This document shows, piece after piece, positions 51,994 through 61,154 of a stretch of DNA of 64,000 nucleotides. Made by a program: the position numbers and the translations under genes. Within the stretch, counting starts at the first letter, position 1. Each line of letters begins with the position of its first letter. The notes below the pieces were generated by a model that made no database searches, was not told where the DNA came from, and saw nothing but the letters and a program-made list of their open reading frames with translations. This stretch comes from Alphaproteobacteria bacterium (GTDB lineage Bacteria; Pseudomonadota; Alphaproteobacteria; SHVV01). The stretch lies in NCBI GenBank assembly GCA_965261735.1, contig OZ253470.1, forward strand, positions 1,632,001-1,696,000, given 5' to 3'.

Positions 51994-52010
51994 GGCGGCG
52001 CTAGCCGGCC

Positions 52011-52565
52011 TTAGATCGCCTTGCCGCGGAGCTTGAGCTCGATCGCCTTGGCGTTGGCCTTGGGGCCTGCCATGGTGGGGTTGGCCTCGAGCGCGCGCTG
52101 GAAGGCCGTCAGTGCGTCCTCCCAGCGCTCGAGGTGGACGTTCACCAGCCCGAGGCCCGACAGCGCCCCGAAATGGCGCGGCTCGAGCTCCAGGGTGCGG
52201 TCGATGTCGCCGATCGAGGCCTCGTACTCGCCCATCATGTAGTAGAGCGTCGCCCGCTTGTTCCAGCCCTCGGCGAAATCGGGGGCCAACTCGATGACGG
52301 CATTGAACAGGGCCAGTGCCGGCTCGAACGAGCGCGCCGCCATCGCCTCGGTGCCGCGCCCCAGCAGCAGATCGACCGTTTCGCTGCCGGATTGGCCCCA
52401 CAGCCGCCAGATGACCTGCTCGACCTGAAGGGCCTCGATGGGGTCTGTGACCTTGTGCAATTGCCCGAACAGTTCTTCGAGCCGGGGGTCCTTCTGGTCG
52501 CTCACGGCGGGATCTGCCACGGCCAGCGAGAGGACCAGGATGGCACTGATGAGGGCCGCTTTCAT
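52011..52565 (-). CDS. Tetratricopeptide-repeat protein
   Basis: PDFAEGWNKRATLYY...LEPRHFGALSGLG; signal peptide. Confidence 0.88.
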   Translation of the reverse strand: MKAALISAILVLSLAVADPAVSDQKDPRLEELFGQLHKVTDPIEALQVEQVIWRLWGQSGSETVDLLLGRGTEAMAARSFEPALALFNAVIELAPDFAEGWNKRATLYYMMGEYEASIGDIDRTLELEPRHFGALSGLGLVNVHLERWEDALTAFQRALEANPTMAGPKANAKAIELKLRGKAI

Positions 52566-52603
52566 GCCACGAGGTTAAGCCATTTGGGGATCGCTGAAAA
52601 GAC

Positions 52604-53902
52604 TCAAGCGCCGAGCGCCAGAGGGCGCGGGCCGCCGCTCGCCCAATCGAGCAGCTCGACGGTGTGGGCGATGGGCACGGGCGTGCCGGCACCGATCTGC
52701 ACCATACAGCCGATGTTGCCGGCGGCGATCGCGTCAGGCGCCACGCTTTCGATGTTGGCGATCTTGCGCGCGCCCAGGCGTACCGCGATGGCCGGCTGAA
52801 GCAGGTTGTAGGTTCCGGCAGAGCCGCAGCACAGGTGCCCCTCCGGCACCTCGGCGACCTCGAAACCGGCCGCAGCGAGGAGGTCCCGCGGCAGTGCGTG
52901 CAGGCGCTGTCCGTGCTGCAGCGAGCACGCCGAGTGGTAGGCGAGCTTGAGGCCGCGCGGTGCTGTGTTGGACCAGGTGTCCGCCTCTACCAACGAGGCG
53001 ATGACCTCGGTGACGTCGCGGGCGAGGGCGGCGATGCGTTCGGCGGGCGCCGCCCTCGTTGGGTCGCCCCGCATGAGGTGGCCGTAATCCTTGATCATGG
53101 TGCCGCAGCCGGACGCGGTAGCGATGACGGCATCGAAGTCGCCGGTCGCGGCGGCGGCGCTCCAAGCCTTGATGTTGGCCCTGACCGCGGCGAGCGCGGC
53201 CGCCTCCTGGCCGAGGTGGTGGGCGAGGGCGCCGCAGCAACCGGCGCCGCCGACCACGACCACCTCGCAGCCGAGCCGCGTTAACAGCCGCACCGCCGCC
53301 TCGTTGATGGTTGGTGCCAGTACCTGCTGCACGCAGCCCGCGAGCAGCGCCACGCGTGCCCGCCGCGCTCCCTGCGCCGGTTGGACGCTCGCCCGATCGA
53401 CCGCGGAAGGCGGGTGGGCGGGGCGCGCCGCGAGCCGCAGCAGGGTTCCGAGCGGTTCGGGCAGGCGGTTCGCCAACGGGCGCAGCAAGCGCGCACCGAC
53501 CAGCGCTAGCCGGAACAGTTTGGCGCGCGCCAACACCATGCCGAGGGCGCGCCGCAGCAGGCGTTCGGGCAGCGGCCTCGCGTAGGTCTTCTCGATGTGG
53601 ACGCGGGCGTGGTCGACGAGGCGCATGTAGTCGACGCTGGACGGGCAGGTGGTCATGCAAGCGAGGCAGGAGAGGCAGCGGTCGATATGCTTGACCACGG
53701 TGGCGCTCGCCGCCTTGCCGTTCTCGAGCATGTCCTTGATGAGGTAGATGCGGCCGCGCGGGGAATCGCGTTCGTCGCCGAGGAGGGCGTAGGTCGGGCA
53801 GGACGATTGGCAGAAGCCGCAATGGACGCAGGTGCGCAGGATTCGCTCCGCCTCGCCAGTGGCGGGGTCGGCGAGCTGGGCGAGCGAGAAGCTAGTCTGC
53901 AT
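52604..53902 (-). CDS. glcF: Glycolate oxidase iron-sulfur subunit
   Basis: MQTSFSLAQL, CVHCGFC, CLSCLACMTTCPS and CCG domains. Confidence 0.94.
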   Translation of the reverse strand: MQTSFSLAQLADPATGEAERILRTCVHCGFCQSSCPTYALLGDERDSPRGRIYLIKDMLENGKAASATVVKHIDRCLSCLACMTTCPSSVDYMRLVDHARVHIEKTYARPLPERLLRRALGMVLARAKLFRLALVGARLLRPLANRLPEPLGTLLRLAARPAHPPSAVDRASVQPAQGARRARVALLAGCVQQVLAPTINEAAVRLLTRLGCEVVVVGGAGCCGALAHHLGQEAAALAAVRANIKAWSAAAATGDFDAVIATASGCGTMIKDYGHLMRGDPTRAAPAERIAALARDVTEVIASLVEADTWSNTAPRGLKLAYHSACSLQHGQRLHALPRDLLAAAGFEVAEVPEGHLCCGSAGTYNLLQPAIAVRLGARKIANIESVAPDAIAAGNIGCMVQIGAGTPVPIAHTVELLDWASGGPRPLALGA

Positions 53903-53906
53903 GGCC

Positions 53907-55136
53907 CTAGAGGTCCGCGTACATGCGCCCGGGATTGAGGATGCGGAGCGGGTCGAAGCTCTCCTTGACCCGTCGGGTGAGCTCGGCCAGCGCTTCCGCT
54001 TGCGGTTGAAATACGGGAACTCGGGTCCGTGTCGAGGCATCGGCGCGAACGAGCGTCGCGTGGCCGCCGGACTCGGCGATCGCGGCGCGTACCGTCTCGC
54101 AACCGCCGTCCGCACCCGCCTCGAGCGCGATCCAGATCAGGCCGCCGGCCCAGTCGTAGTAGGCCTCGCCGTCGACCCGGTCGAGGACGTGCGCGGCTGC
54201 CCGCGCCCCGGCTGCCGGTGCTAGCGACAGGCGCCAGACGGCGCGATGCGCGACGGCCGCGTCGGTGAACGGGAGCACGTCGCGGACTTCGCGCCAGAGC
54301 GCCGCGGAGTTCGACCGGTGCAACTCCTCGGTCGTCCCGAGGTCGGCAAGCTCCTGGCTGAGCGCCTCGAGCCGGTGATCGACGGACGGGCCCGTCCCCT
54401 CAAGACGAAGTGCCGTGACGGCGCCGCCGGCGCCGGCGACGTAGGCCACGCTCGAGCGCCGGGCAACCCTTTCGGGCAGGTGGGCGAGCCCAGAGGGCTC
54501 GAGGCTCGAGCCCGCCGCGCGGCCGAGCGCCGCCACCGCCTCGTCGTCGCCGAGTCCCACGACGAGCAGCGTGCGTACCTTCTCGGGCGCCGGCACGACC
54601 TTGATCGTCACTTTCGTGAGCGCCGCCAGGGTGCCGTGCGAGCCGGTGATCAGCTTGGACAGGTCGTAGCCGGTGACGTTCTTGACCACGCGGCCGCCTG
54701 ACTTGAACGCTTCGCCGCGCCCCGATACGCATTCGATGCCGAGCACGTGGTCGCGCGCGGCGCCGGCCTTGATACGGCGCGGTCCCGATAGGTTGGCCGC
54801 CACGGTGCCGCCCAGCGTCGCGCGGCCGCCCGGGCCGCCGTAGAGGGGGCCGAGATCGGCCGGCTCGAAGCCGAGTTGCTGCCCGCGCTCAGTGAGCGCC
54901 GCCTCGATGTCGGCGAGCGGCGTGGCGGCCCCGGCGCTCAGCACTAGCTCCTCGGGCTCATAGAGCCCGATACCGCTGAGCGCCGATAGATCGAGCCGGC
55001 GCGCGCCCGCGACGGGGCGGCCGAGGGCGCGCTTGGTGCCGCCGCCGACGATCTCCAGCGCCTCGCCGTCAGCGGCGGCGCAGGCGATCGCCTCGCGCAC
55101 CGCGGCGGCGTCGGCGGGGCGAAGGACGGCGGCCAT
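53907..55136 (-). CDS. glcE: Glycolate oxidase FAD-binding subunit
   Basis: GGGTKR, YEPEELV, SGPRR, GGRVVKNVTGYDL and FDPLRILNPGRM motifs. Confidence 0.94.
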   Translation of the reverse strand: MAAVLRPADAAAVREAIACAAADGEALEIVGGGTKRALGRPVAGARRLDLSALSGIGLYEPEELVLSAGAATPLADIEAALTERGQQLGFEPADLGPLYGGPGGRATLGGTVAANLSGPRRIKAGAARDHVLGIECVSGRGEAFKSGGRVVKNVTGYDLSKLITGSHGTLAALTKVTIKVVPAPEKVRTLLVVGLGDDEAVAALGRAAGSSLEPSGLAHLPERVARRSSVAYVAGAGGAVTALRLEGTGPSVDHRLEALSQELADLGTTEELHRSNSAALWREVRDVLPFTDAAVAHRAVWRLSLAPAAGARAAAHVLDRVDGEAYYDWAGGLIWIALEAGADGGCETVRAAIAESGGHATLVRADASTRTRVPVFQPQAEALAELTRRVKESFDPLRILNPGRMYADL

Positions 55137-55144
55137 CGCGGGGG

Positions 55145-56632
55145 TCAGAAGCGCGGCAGATCGGGAAAGGGTCGCGCGCCGCGATGGACGTGCACGCGGC
55201 CGAGCTCGGCGCAACGGTGCAGCGTCGGGAACACCTTGCCCGGATTGAGCCGGCCGTCGGGATCGAAGGCACACTTGACGCGTTGCTGCTGGTTGAGGTC
55301 GTCCTCGGTGAACATTTCGCCCATGAGGTCGCGCTTCTCTATGCCAACGCCGTGCTCGCCGGTCAGAACGCCGCCGACGGCGACACACAGCTTCAGGATA
55401 TCGGCGCCGAAGTCCTCCGCCCGCTCGAGCTCGCCCGGCACGTTGGCATCGTAGAGGATGAGCGGATGCAGGTTGCCATCGCCCGCATGGAAGACGTTGG
55501 CGAGGCGCAAGCCGTAGCGTTCGGACATCTCGGCCATGCGGTTCAACACCTCGGGCAGCCGGCGCCGCGGGATCGTCCCGTCCATGCAGTAGTAATCCGG
55601 TGAGATACGGCCGACCGCCGGAAACGCCGCTTTGCGCCCGGCCCAGAAGGCGAGCCGCTCGGCCTCGCTCTCGCTCGCCCTCAAGGAGACCGCGCCCGCA
55701 TTGGTGGCGATCCCGCGCACCCGCTCGACGAGATCGTCGACCTCGACCTCGGGGCCGTCGAGCTCGACGATGAGGAGCGCCGCGGCGTCGGTTGGATAGC
55801 CGACGTGGCAGAAGTCCTCCGCGGCCTGGATCGCGTACCGGTCCATCATTTCCATGCCGGCCGGGATGATGCCGCTGGCGATAACGTTGGCGACGCAGGC
55901 CCCCGCCGCCTCGTTGCTGGCGAACCCGACGAGCAGCGCCCGCGCACTTACCGGCTTGCGCAGGATACGCACGGTGACCTCGGTGATGACGCCGAGCAGC
56001 CCCTCGGAGCCCGTCATCAGCCCCAGGAGATCGTAACCGTCGGCGTCGAGGTGCTTGCCGCCGAGGCGCACGACGTCGCCGTTCATCAGCACCATCTCGA
56101 GGCCGAGGAGGTTGTTGGTCGTGAGGCCGTATTTCAGGCAGTGCACGCCGCCCGAGTTCTCGGCCACGTTGCCGCCGATGGTGCAGGCGATCTGGCTCGA
56201 CGGGTCGGGCGCGTAGTAATAGCCGCGCTCGGCTACCGCATCGCTGATCGCGAGGTTGGTGACCCCGGGCTGCGCGACGACGCAGCGGTTGTCGTAGTCG
56301 ACCTCGAGAATGCGGTTGAATTTGGCGAGGCCGAGGACGAGGCCGTCGACGAGCGGCAGCGCCCCGCCCGAGAGCGAGGTTCCGGCGCCGCGCGGCACGA
56401 CCTTGACGCCGTGCTCGCCGCACAGCCCGAGGATGCGCGCCACCTGTTCGGTCGTCTCGGGCAACACCACGACCATCGGCATCGCGCGGTAGGCGCTGAG
56501 CGCGTCGCACTCGTAGGCGCGCCGGCCGTCCTCGTCGTCGATGACACCTTCGCCCGGAACGATCGCACGCAATCCGGCGACCAGCTCGGGCCGGCGCGCG
56601 ATGATGGCCCGGTCGGGCTCGGGCATGCGCAT
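55145..56632 (-). CDS. glcD: Glycolate oxidase subunit GlcD
   Basis: PRGAGTSLSGG, APDPSSQIAC, FHAGDGNLHP and GEHGVG motifs. Confidence 0.94.
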   Translation of the reverse strand: MRMPEPDRAIIARRPELVAGLRAIVPGEGVIDDEDGRRAYECDALSAYRAMPMVVVLPETTEQVARILGLCGEHGVKVVPRGAGTSLSGGALPLVDGLVLGLAKFNRILEVDYDNRCVVAQPGVTNLAISDAVAERGYYYAPDPSSQIACTIGGNVAENSGGVHCLKYGLTTNNLLGLEMVLMNGDVVRLGGKHLDADGYDLLGLMTGSEGLLGVITEVTVRILRKPVSARALLVGFASNEAAGACVANVIASGIIPAGMEMMDRYAIQAAEDFCHVGYPTDAAALLIVELDGPEVEVDDLVERVRGIATNAGAVSLRASESEAERLAFWAGRKAAFPAVGRISPDYYCMDGTIPRRRLPEVLNRMAEMSERYGLRLANVFHAGDGNLHPLILYDANVPGELERAEDFGADILKLCVAVGGVLTGEHGVGIEKRDLMGEMFTEDDLNQQQRVKCAFDPDGRLNPGKVFPTLHRCAELGRVHVHRGARPFPDLPRF

Positions 56633-56781
56633 GTCTGCCTCCGTTGGGCACGAGGCGGACACGCGCCGCCCTAGCCCTCTAGCGCGTCAAGATGGAAGGA
56701 TCGGCGCCCTTTGGCAACACTGGTAAGCGCCACTTTGGTGCCGGGCGCTGGCGCGCCGGCGGCCGGCGACGGGTGCCCGGA

Positions 56782-56907
56782 TCAGCGCTGGCGCGCCTTG
56801 AACCGCCGGTTGGTCTTGTTGATGACGTAGACGCGCCGCTTGCGCCGCACCACCACGCAATCGCGGTGGCGCAGCTTGGCCGACTTGAGCGAGTTCCTGA
56901 CCTTCAT
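56782..56907 (-). CDS. rpmJ: 50S ribosomal protein L36 (type B, Zn-free)
   Basis: [40 protein letters not shown]; GGAGG RBS. Confidence 0.95.
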   Translation of the reverse strand: MKVRNSLKSAKLRHRDCVVVRRKRRVYVINKTNRRFKARQR

Positions 56908-57085
56908 GGCGCGGCCTCCCTGGGCGCGCCTTGACTTAGTACAGTCGGCCGCGGTGCGCAAGCGCGGTGTGGGCCGGCACTGTCTCGCCCCGTCAGATTT
57001 CAAACTGAGACAGTGCCGCAGGCCGGCATCCCCTGCCAAGCCGGGATTCTACTGATCCCACGGTGGGATCACCCATAGAATGGGT

Positions 57086-57165
57086 ATGCGAGTTGTTGCG
57101 GTGAGTCGGCTACGCCGTTTCTGGGAAGGGCTCGGGCGCGCCGACAGCGAGCAGGCCTTGCGTGA
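57086..57165 (+). pseudogene. HigB-like toxin N-terminal remnant
   Basis: MRVVAVSRLRRFWE...ADSEQALR, after which similarity is lost. Confidence 0.55.
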
Positions 57166-57279
57166 AGGAGACAGCGCGCGGGCATCCGGCATCCTCCAGA
57201 TACCTACGCGCTGCTTAGTGCGCATTGTCGAGCTGGATGAGCCCGACCTTACTTCTTCTTCGGTCGGCCCTGTCCCTTC

Positions 57280-57329
57280 CTTGCCTATCCGGTTTACACC
57301 CACACCCACTAGGGCTAGAATGGGCGCAA
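57280..57329 (+). mobile_element. Isolated IS1595 left end (50 bp), followed by a partial IR CCGGATAGG at ~57347-57355
   Basis: Identical to 35355-35404. Confidence 0.88.
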
Positions 57330-57360
57330 GGCGAGTTGCCGAATGGCCGGATAGGAACGT

Positions 57361-57389
57361 TTGACGTTAGTTATGTCGTACGTTAGTAT
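57361..57389 (+). promoter_or_regulatory. Sigma70 promoter of higBA (probably leaderless)
   Basis: TTGACG-N17-TAGTAT ending 5 nt before GTG 57395; ACGTTAGT direct repeat. Confidence 0.6.
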
Positions 57390-57394
57390 GGGTC

Positions 57395-57676
57395 GTGATC
57401 AGGAGCTTTCGCGACAAGCGAACGTCGGCAATCTTCGAGCGGCGATTCTCGACCAGACTGCCGCGCGGAATCCAGCCGGCCGCCTATCGAAAGCTTGTGC
57501 AGCTCGACGCCGCGACGCGCCTCGATGATTTGCGTGTGCCGCCCGGGAATCGACTGAAGTCCCTGTCGGGCAAGCGCGCCGGCCAGCACAGTATCCGCAT
57601 CAACGAGCGGTGGCGGATTTGCTTCATGTGGCGCGCGAGAGACGCTTACAACGTGGAGATCGTGGACTACCACTAG
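57395..57676 (+). CDS. higB: HigB/RelE-like toxin (plasmid maintenance killer type)
   Basis: MIRSFRDK...DLRVPPGNRL..L.G.RAGQHSIRINERWRICF...VEIVDYH. Confidence 0.92.
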   Translation: MIRSFRDKRTSAIFERRFSTRLPRGIQPAAYRKLVQLDAATRLDDLRVPPGNRLKSLSGKRAGQHSIRINERWRICFMWRARDAYNVEIVDYH

Positions 57677-57688
57677 CGGAGGAGAAAC

Positions 57689-57988
57689 ATGCCTGCCAAA
57701 AGGATTGCTCCGGTCCATCCCGGTGAGGTGCTGATGAAGGACTTTCTGACGCCGCTGGGCATCAGTCAGTACCGGGTGGCGCGAAACACTTGCCTCCCAC
57801 AGTCCCGCATTGCCGCCATCGTTCGCGGCAAGCGGGCCGTCACGGCGGAGACGGCGCTGCGGTTCGGCAGATTCTTCGGCACCAGCGCCGAGTTCTGGTT
57901 GAACATTCAGGCGCGCTACGACCTGGAGACCGCTCGCGACGCCCTCGGCGACCGCTTGGACGGCGAAGTGAAACCGCTCGCCGCGTAA
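57689..57988 (+). CDS. higA: HigA antitoxin (HTH)
   Basis: PVHPGEVL..DFL.PLGISQY...TALRFGRFFGTSAEFWLNIQ. Confidence 0.92.
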   Translation: MPAKRIAPVHPGEVLMKDFLTPLGISQYRVARNTCLPQSRIAAIVRGKRAVTAETALRFGRFFGTSAEFWLNIQARYDLETARDALGDRLDGEVKPLAA

Positions 57989-58028
57989 TCCACTCGGCGC
58001 GACCGGGTGGCTGTCGACGGATGCGAAC

Positions 58029-58187
58029 ATGACCGATGCCAAAGAAACCACCCCCACCGTTTTCGTTTCCTACTCGTACGATAGCCGAGAGCACCGACAA
58101 TGGGTGTTGCGGCCCGGCGAGCGCCTCATCGACAACGGCGTCAACGTACTTCTTGATCATGGTCCCACGACCGCAGCGCGCACATGA
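58029..58187 (+). pseudogene. TIR/SEFIR domain N-terminal fragment
   Basis: Translates as MTDAKETTPTVFVSYSYDSREHRQWVL...RLIDNGVNVLLDH, then stops. Confidence 0.7.
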
Positions 58188-58199
58188 AAAGAGACTGCA

Positions 58200-58712
58200 A
58201 TGCCTGATACAGAGTCTTCGTCATCCCCACCCGGGAACCTTGACGCCTTCCGCGAGCGCCTCGATGAGCTGGCGCGGGCGCAGGGTCCGACCGTGTTCGG
58301 CCTGCGCACGCCGCTGCCCGCGCAGGGCCGAACGGACGTGCCCCTGGCCGCGACTGGGAGCTTCTCGGTGGTCCTCAAGACCTATGCTTCGGGCGGCGAG
58401 AACGCGCTGCATGGTCACGTCAACGAGGACCATGTGTTCATCGTCATGCAGGGCGCGGCCCGGTTTACGGGCAAGGACAGTGTGCTCGGCGCGCTCGGAC
58501 GCCACCAGGGAATATTAATCCCGGCCGGCACGCTCTACCGCTTCGAGGCCGTGGGCGAGGAGCCGCTCGTCCTCATCCGGGTTGGCGCGGTCACCGGTGA
58601 GGGCCTCGACCGCTTCGCCCGTATCGGGCCGGGCGGCGAGTCCATGGACGCCTTCTCGGCCGAAAACAAGCAGGTCGAGCTGGTCTACGCCAAGGATGCC
58701 TACTTCGACTAG
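58200..58712 (+). CDS. Cupin-domain protein
   Basis: GGENALHGHVNEDHVFIVMQG...ILIPAGTLYRF. Confidence 0.85.
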   Translation: MPDTESSSSPPGNLDAFRERLDELARAQGPTVFGLRTPLPAQGRTDVPLAATGSFSVVLKTYASGGENALHGHVNEDHVFIVMQGAARFTGKDSVLGALGRHQGILIPAGTLYRFEAVGEEPLVLIRVGAVTGEGLDRFARIGPGGESMDAFSAENKQVELVYAKDAYFD

Positions 58713-59627
58713 TCGAGCGCCACGAAGTCCGCTTTGGTGACGCGACAGTCGGGGCAGCGCCAGTCATCGGGAATATCCCCGAAGAGCGTGCCCGGCGCGA
58801 TACCGTCCTCTGGGAGCCCGAGCACCGGGTCGTAGACGAGGCCGCAGCGCTCGCACAGGTAGCGCGGTGGCGCGGCCGCGCGATTCCGCGGGCCCCGGTC
58901 GACGGGGCGGCCGGCGGCAACGAGCTGGTCGAGCCGGGCCTTCCAGCCGGCGTAGTCGGTGACGTAGTTCCAGGCGCAGACGTGCGCGACGTCGCGCCCC
59001 TCGAGCCACTCGCACAGAACGGCCGCCGCTTTGCGCTCCTCCACTGGGCCGAGGCCGTAGGGGTTGCAAGCGGGTGCGCGCGCCGACGTCGAACACGAGG
59101 TCGCAGGGAAAGAGCGCCCCGCGCGCGAGGTAAACGGTGAAGCCCGGCGAGTGCCCAGCCGTGTGCTTGGCCTCGAGCCCGAGCTCGGCGAAGTCGCCGG
59201 CGAAGCGGCGATCGAAGGGAAAGGGCCGGGCCAGCGGGTGCGCCGCATCCGCCTCGTGGATCCACACTTGCGCGCCGTAGGCCGCGCGGTACTGGTTCGA
59301 GGCGCCGAGGAAATCCTTGTGCGTGAAGGCGATGACGTCGACCGCGGGCAACTCGGGCCTGAAGGCGGACGGGCTATCGATCATGAACGCCGCTTCGCCG
59401 GTGTCGACCCGGTAGGCCGCGTGCTCAATGCCGAGTGCCGGCGATGAATTGAGCCGCACGATGCCCTCGGCCACCGGGTACTCGGTCACCCGATGCTGCG
59501 CGGCGCAGTCGCGGTCGTTGAGGAAGGCATCGGGCGCGGCGCCGCAGAAGGGGCAGCGCCCGGGCGCGGCGCCGATCATGTTGTAGCCGCAGCCGGTGCA
59601 CACGGTTTGCGCTACTGTCTCGGCCAT
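58709..59627 (-). CDS. Zn-ribbon + MBL-fold + rubredoxin fusion (frameshift at ~59066)
   Basis: N-terminal CTGC...CPFC; THKDFLG and HTAGHSPG; C-terminal CERCGLVYDP..G..PGT.F.DIPDDWRCPDC. Confidence 0.72.
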
Positions 59628-59745
59628 CGCGTGTCCCTTTCGTTCGATTCGCGCCAGCCTCGCGCAATTGCCGGGGCGGCACAAGACGGGACGCGAACGC
59701 CTGCGCTATAGTGCCGGCGGACCGTAAGTTCGGCCGGGCGCGGAC

Positions 59746-60546
59746 ATGGCTCGAAGCATTCTGCTTCACTTCAGCGGCGACGAGCGCCACGACGTCAAGA
59801 CCGGCGTCGCCATCAAGATGGCGCGCCTTCTCGGCGCCGGTATTACCGGGCTCTACGTCAACGACCCGCAATACGGCCCGCGCCTGCCCGAGGGATTCGT
59901 GGGCGAGGAGGCCGAGGCGATACGCGCCCGCATGGAGGCGGTCCGAGGCGGCTTCCAGAACGCGACCAAGCTCAACGAGGTGGCGGCCGAGTGGCACGTC
60001 CAGCGGGACGAGGCGCGCAGCGCCATCGCCTTCTACTCGCGCTTTGCCGATCTCGTCGTGATGGGCCAGTCGGCGCCCAAGGACGCGGACCAGCCGCACG
60101 ATCTACCCAACGACGTGGTCATGGCGGTCGGCTGCCCGCTGCTCGTCGTCCCGCATGCGGGCGCGTTCGAGTCGGTGGGTGCGCGCGTCCTGGTCGCGTG
60201 GAACAACAGCCGCGTCGCCAGCCGCGCGCTGGGCGATGCGATGCCGATCCTCGAGCAGGCGGAAGAGGTCACGGTGCTGAGCGTCAACGCCAAGTCGACC
60301 GACCACCCGACGAGCGCCGACATGCGCGATTACCTGGCGCAGCGCGGTATCACGGCCCAAGCGGAGAACATGGTGACGCGCAAGCTCGACACCGGCAGCG
60401 CGCTGCTCTCGAAGGCCCATGACCTTGCCATCGACCTCATCGTCACCGGCGCCTACGGCGGCTCGCGCATCCGCGAAAGCCTAGTCGGCGGCACCACCCG
60501 CCACCTGTTCGAGAACATGACCCGCCCCGTCCTGTTCTCGCACTGA
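59746..60546 (+). CDS. Universal stress protein (tandem Usp domains)
   Basis: ADLVVMGQ, VLVAWNNSR and DLIVTGAYGGSRIRESLVGGTT...PVLFSH. Confidence 0.9.
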   Translation: MARSILLHFSGDERHDVKTGVAIKMARLLGAGITGLYVNDPQYGPRLPEGFVGEEAEAIRARMEAVRGGFQNATKLNEVAAEWHVQRDEARSAIAFYSRFADLVVMGQSAPKDADQPHDLPNDVVMAVGCPLLVVPHAGAFESVGARVLVAWNNSRVASRALGDAMPILEQAEEVTVLSVNAKSTDHPTSADMRDYLAQRGITAQAENMVTRKLDTGSALLSKAHDLAIDLIVTGAYGGSRIRESLVGGTTRHLFENMTRPVLFSH

Positions 60547-60597
60547 GGCGAGGGAGCATGTCGTGCACAGCACAAATCTACCGCGCGGAGCAACACG

Positions 60598-60966
60598 ATG
60601 ACCGACGTACCGAACCCGACCGAGGTCGTCGAGGCTTATGTCAAGGCTGTGCGTGCAAGCGACCTCAACGGTCTGCGTGCCGTGTTCGCGGACGATGCAG
60701 AGGTATTCAGCTTGCCGATGGAGGGGATGGAGAGCGGCCACCTAAAAGGCGTCGATGCCATCGTTGCCTTTTTTGGAAAGCTGCTCGAAGACCGCGGCGG
60801 TGCCGATCCCCATCCCGGCCCGCTGATGGTGGACGGCGACCACATCGCCGTCGAAATCGACGCGCATCACCGCGACTATATCGAGGAGGTCTCCGACTTT
60901 TTCACGGTCAAGAACGGCGAGATCGCCCGCCTCGCGGTCTATTGCGGCCGCAAACGCCCGAAATAG
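60598..60966 (+). CDS. NTF2/SnoaL-like protein, copy 1
   Basis: VVEAYVKAV...AVFADDA...GVDAIVAFF...DFFTVKNGEIARL. Confidence 0.85.
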   Translation: MTDVPNPTEVVEAYVKAVRASDLNGLRAVFADDAEVFSLPMEGMESGHLKGVDAIVAFFGKLLEDRGGADPHPGPLMVDGDHIAVEIDAHHRDYIEEVSDFFTVKNGEIARLAVYCGRKRPK

Positions 60967-61154
60967 GACGACCCGGATTTGGCCATCGATCTCATGGTCA
61001 TCACCGTCGCCTACGGTGCCTCGCGCATCCGCGATAGCCTCGTCGGCGGCGCCACCCGCCACCTCTTCGAAAACATGACCCGCCCCGTCCTGTTCTCGCA
61101 CCGAGGGGGCGAGCCAGTCGTGCACGGCACAAATCTAGCGCGGGGAGCCACACG

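Noticed and set aside
53907-56651. 914-aa GlcD-GlcE fusion ORF
   Set aside because: The upstream part is an off-frame shadow of glcD; glcE starts at 55136.
44612-56674. Numerous long antisense or alternate-frame ORFs over core genes
   Set aside because: These are expected shadow ORFs from high GC3 codon bias and have no motifs or RBS support.
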